Below the pieces are notes generated by a model, which was given only the letters and a program-made list of their open reading frames with translations, did no database searches and had not been told where the DNA came from. A stretch of DNA of 33,047 nt from Selaginella moellendorffii (lineage: Eukaryota > Plantae > Lycopodiophyta), in contig NW_003314488.1 of assembly GCF_000143415.4 (NCBI RefSeq), forward strand, positions 1 to 33,047, in the 5' to 3' direction. A program made the translations under genes and the position numbers. The stretch's first letter is position 1. Each line of letters begins with the position of its first letter. Of the stretch, positions 11,742 through 22,579 are shown piece after piece.

Positions 11742-14700
11742 ACTCCACCACCCATAGATGAAGTTCGATGTCCTCATCGAACGGTAAACCCTTTTATAAA
11801 GTAATACCCACATGTATTATCATTTCCATCCTTGGCCCCCGGCCAATATTTGTCTATGGTTTGACACCGAAGGCTCACCATGCCTTGTCCATCCTCTAAG
11901 GAGCATAGTCTCTCCAACATAGAAACTCACTTGACCCCCTAGGGTGGTTTACTCCCTTTTATTGGTTCAGTTCTCGCTAAACCCGTTAGAAACACCCTCT
12001 CTAACTCAATTCCACTACTCATTCTCGAGTAATCTTAGATTCCATTGACATAACCTTTGCATTTTGGAACTTTTAATTTTGATTTCTCCGAGTCAATTTT
12101 CTAGGTGTCTCCGACACCTTACGTTGCACATGGTGCAACTCCACTTCCCTATCCTAGGAAGTTCTTTACTTGAGGGTACTATCATCCTCTCTTCGATATC
12201 GTGCCACCTTTGGGCACTAAGTTCCAGTTATCATAATTGGTGCTAGGGCTGCCCACGGCCCTATTATTTGGCTACCTTACCGCTCCCCCCTTTGGAGCAT
12301 TCACTTTCGCCAAATCGGAGCGGTTAGGAATCCATCCTTGGGGAAACATTGCCTTTCCCACAATCCGTTAGCACCCAACACATTAGTGTTCTCGGCTTAA
12401 CTTTGCCATTTGGATTCTTTTCCATGATTCCCATGGCTCTTTTCTTAGCCACTAGTCTTTTGCTCCTATCCTTGATTGTTGCACCCAGCAACATAGGATC
12501 GCTCCCTCCATTTTCGAGGTTTCCTTTCAATTCCATAGCAAACACTTTGCTTTTGTCAAGTCTAGAGGGTGTTCACCCCTAGTATGTCTCTTTAACATTT
12601 CCGGCTGTGGGCTCTATCCACGGCTTAACTTTTGAGACCCTCCCTTGGATCTCTTATAGAGACTACTTTCTTCGGATTTACTATGCCATAGCAGTGACAT
12701 AGCTCATTTCCCATAGGTGCTCTTTCCACTTGGTCACCTTGACCAAGCCACACCATTATCAATAGTTCAAATCAACACTTTGAATTAGGAATCATATCCC
12801 TTAACCCAAACAAAGACCTTGTCCTTGTTTAGCCACAAGATCACCTAGTGATCTCATCTTGACCCCTTAATAGGTCTACCAATAGGAACTAGGTCTTCCA
12901 GACCCTTCTAAGTTGTTGACTATGACCCCGAGGGCATCCCCCACACTTGGCGGTGCACCCAAGCCAGCCCTTCCGGCCAAGGATCCATAGCAACTGAGAC
13001 TGGGTGTCCCCATCTCATTCACCACGTCCTTGGTGCCTTTTGCACCAAAGTGTTCAAGTTAGATATGCCGAACTTTCACTCTAAGCAATCTAACCGTGCA
13101 TCACGACTCCGGGGCATCCCCCGCTTGGCAGTGTGCCCAAGCCAATCTCCTCATTGAGAGTCCATGACCACCAAAATATGAATGTCCTCATATTCCAAAC
13201 CATCACCACGCCTTAGTGATTTGAGACTTGAACCCAAGCACTAGAGGGTCGGGACTCGAACCCAACCTCCATATATGCATCTACGGACGGCATCACCCTA
13301 GATGCCTGGCGTGACTCCCCACGCCGGTGCACCAACTTATACTTAAAGCGCGCTATAGATCGCAGCTTAGGAACCTAGTTCCTCCACACTGCCAAGTCCT
13401 CTCACTTGACAAGTCTGTGATCATGCATGGACTCCTCCATGCTTGGCCCCATAGCCCACCCTTTTTGAAGTTATCACCTTCAACTAGGGTATTTGTTCCC
13501 CATGACTTGCCAATCTCGCTTGGCAAGTCCTCCGACCACTGTAACATGGTCCCTGCATAAGCATGAAAGTCCTTGACCATCGACTTTCGTTCAAAGCCCT
13601 CTCTTTGAACACTCGGGAACTACTTCCCTAACCTTGATAGCCTTGCCTCATGGCAAGCTTCAAGACCACGCTTCTGCTGTGCCATTCTGATTTCGCGCCT
13701 TTCATGAACCATTTACACTTGGCCTTTTTAGGTACTAAGCTACCTAGAATCATCTTTGGGAACTTTGAAGGAACTCTGTCCCTTAGCTTGCTAAAGCTTC
13801 CTTTTTCGCAAGCTTTATAGTTGCCATATAGTCTAACATGGACAATTCCATATTTTAGACTCTCCATGGCATCACAGTTGCTAGCAACAACATCCTCGAG
13901 CACCCTTTTAATTCTTCACTCCCAACTTGCATAACCCCCATTGGATATGCCCTTCGATTTCTATGGTTCAGTTCCATCCCAATACTACTTGCCTTTTGGC
14001 CCCATATGTTTCCTTTGGTTATTCTCCTCCAGATTAGGAGGATAGCTTTGCACATTTTACTATGCCTTAGCAAGTATTCTTAGGGATGAACCTACCTGAT
14101 AGCCTAGGGAGTGGTTCCTCAATCTTGGGCATGCTCACCTTATAATCCCACACACCGGGATTAACGTTGCTACTTATGGGCCTTTACATGCCCATCACTA
14201 GCCTTGCCAAACTTCCATTTTTGGCTTTGTCCAATTCGGGTAGACAGTCTTCTCCTATCTCCATAACCTCGGACATTTGGATAGCACCTTTTATCCATCA
14301 TTCGCTAGGGACTTAGTCCCTTGAGCCTTACCTATTGCCCTTGCGACACGAAACACCACCTTTTGGTGTTCTAGAATGTTTGGGTGTCCCAATGATGGCC
14401 TCCTGACCATGAGCATTCCCGTTTACGACATTGACTTACTATATCGTAACATAAGCAATTTATCCTCCGTAAGGGTATATCTAACTTCCTTATGCCATTA
14501 AAAAGTCTTCGGTAGCTACCCTCTACCCGTTTAACCAATTATCTTGCACCTCTTGCTTAGTTGCCTCATAGTTGTCAAGTCCTACAACTCATTACTGATG
14601 CTTCCACACCTCTATCATTGTTTTGGTCACCACACTCTACCACATGCCTTCTACCTTAGGCTATGCCATTCCCATTTCCGTTGGGATTCCTTTAGCAAGG

Positions 14701-15800
14701 GGTTCTTATGAACCCACCAACATAACCTCAAGGTATCATACCTTGGCACATTTGGTGTCTCCACACCATTGGCCCCACGAGCCTATCCTTATGACACTAC
14801 TTATTAGTGTCTAGGTCTTTGCCAAGACCAATATAGTTGTGCCTCATGCTAACTATCCATTAGCACCGCACCATAGTGTTTGTCCCCAACTCTGGGCCAA
14901 AGTTTCTTTCTTTTGGGAACATCTTTCCCACAACTTTAGTATGGCACATTCTGCCATCAATGAGATATTTCCTGTTCTCATACTTGGATCTTATGATCCT
15001 CCCCATACCTCATGGGGCACCATACACTTCAGTCTAAATGCTTCAATCAATCCCTTAGGACCATTCCCTGACCCCACTTGAGTCATCTAGCATTTTTGGA
15101 CTTCGCTAAACTAACGACCCATAAGGTCCTATTTTCGAGGTGCCAGCTCACTCAAATACAACTTCATGTATTCATGTCCTACTCATAAGGACCATCTTGC
15201 AAATGTTACTCCAACACTTCATTATTTCCCGTTCTCTGTGGGCTGCCTTTGCCCCTTAGGAGTATCCGTCCCTATGATGAGAATGCCGACTCATCCTTTG
15301 AGCACACCCCTAACTCCTTGGGTTCATTCCAGCATTTACAAAAGGTAGCCCCAGCTACCATTTCGAGGGCTCTTGCCCTCATCCGTACTTGACCTCTCAT
15401 GGTCATCAATTCAGGTCTCAAATTCATGAGCACCAGCCTCAAGTACGTGCGGATTATCTTGTGACTCCTTTATTGTTTTGGAGTCTGGATCTTTCCCGTG
15501 ATCCCAATTATAGTTGTTTACCACAACTACCTTAGTTAGTTTGCTGAGTCAAACGCTCATCCGGACCACATCCTCAACTCTTTGAGGGAAACCTTATACC
15601 GTTCCCAAGATCCCGAAGTCGTTCCCTTACTGGCCCTTTTCCATCCACCACATCGCACACAAGTTCACACATGAACTTGAGTGGAGAGCCATGTCCTCTC
15701 GACATGCTACTCCTCGAGGATAGGTCCATATCTAGGACCTTCCAATTTCAATACCAGTGGTGATATACTTGGCCACCAATAAGAGTCGGACTAAGGAACA

Positions 15801-15812
15801 GCTCCGATACCA
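15801..15812 (-). promoter_or_regulatory. Primer binding site (initiator Met tRNA) of the Gypsy element
   Basis: TGGTATCGGAGC on the minus strand, 3 nt from the 5' LTR, one mismatch to TGGTATCAGAGC. Confidence 0.88.
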
Positions 15813-15815
15813 AGT

Positions 15816-17428
15816 TGTAAGCGACTAAATTTTCCATTCTACTTTAGTCACTTAACCACATCTCCAACCACTTGGAGGAGTCTCATTTGCAACCTCCATA
15901 CGTCCAATTCAGGACTTGGGGCTTGCTAGCCCCGAGAATGACATCCATGCCACTCAACCTTTGCACTTGGTCTAAGTGTTTCACGTGTCCAATCCCATGA
16001 CCGACACCCCAAGGCACCACTGATATATGAGCCTGTTACGCTAAGCCACGCTCATTCACCTTGGTCACATCGGTGGTCTAACACCACCTGCATTGCAATC
16101 CCGTCTTTCCAAGACTGGGCCATCCGTCCATGAGTGATCATCCCAGATCCACTCCTTAGCATCCTTAGGATGCCCACCGACAAGGGGAATAGCCTTCCCC
16201 AATATCCCTCTGTCAGTCCCCACTAAGTCCCTTTTTGCCCCTGGCCGTGTTTGCCAACACTGCCACTGGATCGAGGCCCATAGGCCCGACCACTAAGTCC
16301 CACGATCCTCTGGGACTTCCTCACCACACGACTGTGTCCTTGGTCACTACCCTAGAGGACTGCTCCTCTTCCTTTCCATAGTCTGGGCCTTTGGGACAAC
16401 ATTTCAGAACACCGTGGCCTTACGCGAGCCACCTGGGTACTCTCCCCGCCTTCCGCCCTTGGGTGCTCTAGCCATGGGCTTAGAGCAAGGTTCCGTTGAG
16501 CCACGCCTGGTATCCAAGTAGGTAGTGCCACCCACACTTGGACTGGGAGCATCAGCCAGTCGATCTCCCGGGGGAACTAGAGCCAACTCTTGAACACTTC
16601 ACCAAGCTACCCTGTTTGTCGGTCCGTATTCACTCTAGTCTTGGACTTCCCAGTGGTCAGTTCATCACCCAACACTGGGTCTGGCCTTCCTGGGCCAAAC
16701 TGGCCTTTCCTGGCCAAATTGGCTCCACTGCAGTCCTCCCCCTTCCTATACTTTTGGAGCTCACCAAACCCCTCAGGGTTTGGGAGACGAATGCTTTGGG
16801 CTTTCACCCTCTCAGACTCGAACTCAGACTCGGACTCAGACTCGGACTCGGACTCGGACTCGGACTCGGGCTCGGTCTTGGCCTCCGCCTCGGTGTCGGT
16901 CTCGGTCCCGGTCTCGGTCTCGACCTCGGACTCCATCTCGGGTCCATCTCGGACTCCATCTCGGACTCCGTCTCGGTCCATCTCAGACTCCATCTCGGAC
17001 TCCGTCTCGGTCCATCTCGGACTCCATCTCGGACTCCGTCTCGGTCCATCTCGGACTCCATGTCGGACTCCATCTCGGACTCCACTTCGGACTCATCACG
17101 GACTCCATCTCGGACTCCATCTCGGACTCCACCTCGGACTCCACCTCGGACTCCATCTCGGACTCCGTCTCAGTCCATCTCGGACTCCATCTCGGACTCT
17201 TCCACGTGTCATGTGTTAGTCCTTTTGGGTCCCTTTTTGGAGCCTCGCTTATTGCTCGCTTCGTGGTTGTTCCTCGAGCACTTTGTTGGGAGTTCCACTC
17301 CCGCTCTCGAGCTTTCAAGTCGGAGCTTTTAGTCTAAACGTGTTACGCTCGTTTGGCTTTCGTTTCAGCCACTACCACGTGGCACCCTTCCTGCTCCACT
17401 TTGGGACCTAGGGATTTTGTGTTTCACA
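15816..17428 (-). repeat. 5' LTR of Gypsy element (1613 bp)
   Basis: Direct repeat of 10087-11741, adjacent to the PBS. Confidence 0.95.
16811..17199. repeat. Tandem CTCGGA-based array in the 5' LTR
   Basis: Same units as 11073-11512, with a different number and order. Confidence 0.97.
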
Positions 17429-18039
17429 CACTCGAGGAGAAGGATGTTCGTGAACGTAAGTCATTTTTTTTTTAAGTTCCCTCCTCACAAATATATGTTG
17501 TGGTCTTTGCAGTTGTAGCTGCTACAAATACCTTGACTGCAAATGATGATCCAAGGCCAGCCACGCAGGAACCAAACCCTTGCAAGAATAATGAAGAAGA
17601 AGACTCTGCGGATGAAGAGGACATTCTTCCATTACCGGAAGAAACTCTCCCCACACAAGACAACATGGACATTAGCAGAGTCGAAGAACAAGGTGATGGT
17701 GGGGATGAACCGCACCAAGGATCTCCAGAGACATCCTTGTCACCAGAGATAGTGGCTCCAGGCCATGCAGCTGGTAAAAAGCACTAACATAAATGAATAT
17801 TTTCTTCATTTTCTAATTTCTGAGTGCAGATAGGCCAATGGTAGTGTATGACAGTGATGGTAGAGGCCTTGAAGACCATGGTGTGCCTCCACCCCCCTTT
17901 CTAGAGGGAAGTAGCTCCACTCCGTTTACGCTTATAGAGTTGCTTGACAACTTTTCTACAGTAGAGTAAGATAATTGAAAATTTTGCTATTCAAAATTGA
18001 ACTAATGTTTGCATGTAGATTGTTAGAACAGCAACAAAG
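17429..18039 (+). pseudogene. Middle exons of the HECT-domain gene (acidic, disordered linker)
   Basis: Exons LEEKDVRE / VAATNTLTAND...PGHAA / RPMVVYDSD...LDNFSTVE / LLEQQ are joined by phase-consistent short GT-AG introns. The frame continues as QKWIDATNAF after the Copia is removed. Confidence 0.75.
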
Positions 18040-18189
18040 TCTAACGAAAGGTGAAACCGTGTGATGGTGCTCAAGATCCGTCATAGCATATATGGAATGG
18101 AAAATGTACATATGTGTGACATGGTGAACCGGTGAAGACTCGTGTCTCTCCACGTGGACTAGCCATGTGGCACAGGGCCACTCTCAACA
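18040..18189 (-). repeat. Copia 3' LTR (150 bp)
   Basis: Identical to 22430-22579 by eye. Confidence 0.97.
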
Positions 18190-21100
18190 CTCCCACTGGC
18201 ACTGTGGCCATCAGGAGTGATGCTCATCAGTGGAGAAAGTCCCAGCCCTTCGCGATGGACTTGAAATCGATCTCGGGGTAGTGCTTTTGTGAAGATATCT
18301 GCAACCTGAGTGGTCGTGTCGCAGTAGATCAGCTCAATTGTGCCATCTTCCACTTTCTCACGAACGAAATGATGATGAATCCCAAAGTGTTTGGTGCGTG
18401 AATGAAAGCGAGGATTGACCGCTAACGCAATGCAGCTTTGATTGTCACAGAAGAGGCGAGTGGGAGTCTTCACACTCACACCAAGGTTAGAAAGTAGTGA
18501 GCGTAACCACATACCTTCTTTGGTAGCTTGTGAGGCTGCCAAATATTCTGCTTCCGTACTAGAGGTTGCCACTGTACTTTGCTTCCTGCTGCACCACGAG
18601 ACTGTCGCACTGCCCAGGGAAAACGAATAGCCAGAGGTGGACTTGCGTGTGTCACAGTCTCCCCCAAAATCAGCATCACAGTACCCCGTGAGGGTAAGCG
18701 CTTTTCCCTGGTAGCACAATCCAAGGTAAGTAGTACCTCGAAGGTACCTGAAGATGCGTTTCACCGCTGCCCAATGTTGAGATCCAGGATTAGCCAGGAA
18801 TTGGCTAACTTTGCTCACGGCAAAAGAAATATCTGGGCGCGTACAAACAGCTGGATACATGAGACTGCCAACAGCTTGTCTGTAAGGGATGGAGTCCATG
18901 GCTCTCTTGTCGTCCTCTGTCTCAGGAGACATGGCTTGTGAAAGCTGGCAGCCTAGTTCCATTGGTGTCGCCACTGGATTAGAGCTCGTCATAGAAAACC
19001 TGGCCAGCATATCTTCTATATACTTGGCTTGGTGAAGATAGATAGTGCATTGAGAGCGATCACGCACAAGTTCCATGCCAAGAAAGTAGGAAGCCGAGCC
19101 AAGAGTTTTCATCTCAAATTGGCTGCAAAGATCTCACTTAACCTGGAGAAACATTAAGCGATGATTATGGATGACAAGAGTATCATCAACATAAAGAGCG
19201 ATGATCACAAATGATTCACCCTCCACCCGAATATAAAGATTCGGGTCTGCCTCGCTACAGGAAAAGCCCACACTTAGTATAAAATCGTCAAAGCGTTTGT
19301 ACCAAGATCTGGGTGCTTGTTTCAAGCCGTAGACAGCTTTCTTGAGAAGCCAGAGATGATCCTCTTTTCCAGCGGCTAGAAATCCTTCTGGCTGTGCCAT
19401 ATAGATTTCTTCTTCAAGCGCGCCATAAAGAAACGCCGTGGTCACATCCATCTGTTCCAGATCAAAGTCTCCCACCGCAGCAAAATTAATCAAGGAACGA
19501 AGAGTAGAATGCTTAACCACTGGAGCGAAGGTGTCGTTGTAGTCAAGTCCAGGAACATGCGAGCATCCTTTCGCCACCAATCGCGCCTTGTAGCGAACCG
19601 AGCCATCAGGATTAAGCTTCAGAGCATACACCCACATGCTCTTGATAATCTGGCGATCGGAAGGCACAGTTGGAACAAGAACATGTGTCTCGTTCTTTTG
19701 CTGTGAAGCAATCTCGGCTTCCATTGCTACACGCCAGTAAGACGCTTCCTGCGAGGCCATGGCTTCTCCATAGGTCCTCGGAACAGTAGGAGTAGCTGCA
19801 CGAGAGGAGACCATTGTCTCGATGAGACGCTCAGTAGGCCGCCTTGTGCGGATCGATCTGCGTAGAGGATCTGGAGGAGGTGGCGGGGTTGGTGGTGTTG
19901 GAGTAGAAGCGGGCATGGGTTGTTGCGTAGGGACTGTTTGAAGCGGCACAGTGATCGTGCCAACAGTCAACTGATCTTGTTCCGCTTCAACGTCATTTTC
20001 TTCGGTCAAGGTAGGTCTAGAACCTTGACTAGAAGGAAGAAAAGAATTCTCGTTGAAAACCACATCTCTGCTCAGGATCTCCTGCTTCGTGATTGGATTC
20101 CAGAGACGATAGGCTTTGTGATCGAAGCCCACAAACACAGCCTTCTGGCTCTTGGGGTCCAATTTCTTGCGCATTCCATCAGGGATGTGTGCCCACGCTT
20201 CACACCCGAATATTCTCAGATGCGTAACTGTAGGTTTCTTGCCACTCCATGCTTCTTCAGGAGTGATGCCAGCAAGGGCAGAGGTGGGGAGCCGGTTCTG
20301 GAGATAGTTCGCCGTCAAGACAGCGTGAAACCAGAAGCTGCGAGGCAAACCACTGGAAAGTAGCATTGCCCGAGCACTCTCCACTAGTGTGCGATTCTTG
20401 CGCTCAGCTACGCCATTCTGTTGTGGAGTCTCTCGCGTTGTAAGTTCTCGCACAATCCCTCCTTGCTCACACAGCTGGTTGAAAGCATTAGAAGTGAATT
20501 CGCCTCCACCATCACTTCTCAATCGCTTGAGCATTTTCCCAGTTTGTGTTTCTCCCATATCCTTGAAAGTCTGGAAGTAGTGTAACGATTGGGATTTGCG
20601 AGCCATAGGGTAGATCATAGTGCGACGACTGTAGTCATCAATGAAACTGATAAAGTATTGGATACCTCCCACTGCTGTGGTGGCCATCGGGCCACACACA
20701 TCAGTGTGTACAAGTTCCATGAGCTCTGTAGCTCGAGATGCTCCAGTCTTGGGGAAAGGTTGGCGAGTAGATTTTCCTAGCTGACAGCCCTGGCAAAATG
20801 GAAGAACGGCTCTTGGGTCCAGGTCTAGACCTTCAACCATCTGCTCGCGTGCGAGCTGCTTGATTCTATCAGCACTAGGATGCCCCAGGCGTGCGTGCCA
20901 AAGCTCCAGTGAGTGACTGGTCGTTGTCTTTTGTGCGTGTAGGCCCAGACTCCGTCCAGCAAGATCTGGCAGCATGGTAAGGCGGTAGAGGTCACGCCGT
21001 CCAGGCCGGGACGCTGTGAGGATGGCTCCTGTGGTCGAGATCAGCTGGAATTGGCGAGGTGTAATGGCGAACTGATACCCATCCTCAGCAAATTGTCCCA

Positions 21101-22259
21101 CAGAGAACAAATTAGCACATAAACCAGGAATATAAAGAACCTCGTGGATCTTTACGACTATTCCTTGTGGTAAAGTGAACTTGATGGTTCCAATTCCTTT
21201 CACAGCAAGCTGCTGGGCATTGCCAACGATGACATACTCCTCTGTGGCTGTAGGATCATAGGCTTCAAAGTACTTATCACTGTTGAACATATGGTCTGTA
21301 GCAGCAGAATCCAGGTAGATGCACTCTGTAGACAGTGCTGCCACTGCCATAGCTCGTGACAAGATGAAGGCGTGTACCACCTTTTTCTTTGCATTGTTCC
21401 TTACAGGCTTGAGAGATGGATTTTTCACCCAGCATTGAGCTTCGTCATGGCCTTTCTTGTTGCAATGAGAACACTTGGGCTTCTTGGATGAAGAGGCTCC
21501 TTGTTTCCCTTTGTTCACTGTTTCTTTCCTGAGAGAAGAGTAGAATGCAACGGCCTCTGATCCTGTTGTTGCTCTTCGTCTCAGATCATCGTCCTGGAGG
21601 CTACTGATCACGCCATTCAGGGTTAGAGGAGTTCCAGTGGTAGTGAGGCTACGTATGAGAGGATCAAAGGATGGAGGAAGTGTGACGAGCACCAGCTCTG
21701 CTTCTTCTTCATCCTCTATCTTCGCTCCCACATCCTTAAGATCATCTAAGATTGTTCTCGCTGCAGCAAGATGATCCTTGAGGTCGTCCCCTTCAGCCAT
21801 CACCAGTGCATGAAGCTGCTTCCGTAAAAAGATGCGATGGGATGTTGAAGGGATCTGGTAAGTCTGCTTCATGGCCTCCCACGCTTCCTTTGCACTCTTG
21901 CACCGTCCAATGCAATGGAATTCTCGCCCCTCCAGCGCTGCATGGAATTTGCCCAAAGCTCTCCGGTCCTTCTTGCGATACTTCGCAGTTTCATCCACTG
22001 TAGCTGTATCTGGAAGTGTCTCAGTTCCTGTGGTGATGTCCCAGAGGCCTCGTTCATCCATATAGGATTCGAATTTTGTCTTCCAGAAGCGCCAGTTCCT
22101 CCCATCAAATTTTGGTGGATTTGCGTCCACTGAAACGATATCCGCTGTAGGCACAGTCGAATTTGTGATGGGAGGGGAAATAGGTGGTGGATTTGGAGGC
22201 AGATTTGTAGGAACAGTGGCTGCCATGGGTGCTGACACCCAATCCCACCACTCGTTCAA
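18159..22259 (-). CDS. Copia Gag-Pol polyprotein, broken by a single in-frame TGA at 19134-19136
   Basis: Motifs: gag PKFDGRNWRFWK, zinc knuckle CSHCNKKGHDEAQC, protease YLDSAATDH, GAG-pre-integrase LWHARLGH, integrase HTDVCGP/RSDGGGEF/AERKNR, RT YKARLVAKG and YVDD, RNase H YCDADF/EAEY/CDNQS/ADIFTKAL. ORFs 19134-22259 and 18159-19112 are in the same frame (QVK*DLCSQFEMK). Confidence 0.96.
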
Positions 22260-22417
22260 GTCTAGGTCCAGGTTCTTAGTCGTCCAGTGCCTCTTGCAAG
22301 GCCTGGAGCGCTTGGATTAGGGCATGCCTCTGTCTACGTAGACGGAGGCTCCAATTCACCCTAGCAAGTGTCGTCCTGATCCTATGGTTTCGTATTCTTC
22401 TCGCTCTCCCAGGCATT

Positions 22418-22429
22418 GCTCTGATACCA
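22418..22429 (-). promoter_or_regulatory. Copia primer binding site (initiator Met tRNA)
   Basis: TGGTATCAGAGC directly after the 5' LTR. Confidence 0.95.
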
Positions 22430-22579
22430 TCTAACGAAAGGTGAAACCGTGTGATGGTGCTCAAGATCCGTCATAGCATATATGGAATGGAAAATGTACA
22501 TATGTGTGACATGGTGAACCGGTGAAGACTCGTGTCTCTCCACGTGGACTAGCCATGTGGCACAGGGCCACTCTCAACA
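22430..22579 (-). repeat. Copia 5' LTR (150 bp)
   Basis: Identical to 18040-18189. Confidence 0.97.

Larger units (their letters stand above)
10087..17428 (-). mobile_element. Gypsy-type LTR retrotransposon, both LTRs present, internal region heavily degenerate
   Basis: TG...CA LTRs at 10087-11741 and 15816-17428, with TSD CACTC (10082-10086, 17429-17433). The minus strand has PBS TGGTATCGGAGC (15801-15812) and a purine-rich PPT (~11742-11755). Only vestiges of RT (CVDY-like, ~14150), RNase H (ARFKYKLVHRRG, ~13330) and integrase remain, in RT-RH-IN order. Confidence 0.92.
18040..22579 (-). mobile_element. Ty1/Copia LTR retrotransposon, full length, recent
   Basis: Identical 150 bp LTRs at 18040-18189 and 22430-22579. 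PBS TGGTATCAGAGC at 22418-22429 and PPT AGTGGGAG next to the 3' LTR. The flanks are CAAAG/CAAAA, and gag-PR-IN-RT-RH is complete. Confidence 0.98.

Noticed and set aside
10799-11761. Long ORFs with SD/SE, LGLH and SPRW repeats, also at 16538-17337
   Set aside because: Open on both strands and in most frames only because the LTR tandem array lacks stop codons. Not proteins.
19113-19136. Programmed stop-codon readthrough in Copia pol
   Set aside because: The stop lies inside RT rather than at a gag-pol or env boundary. A CGA>TGA mutation is simpler.
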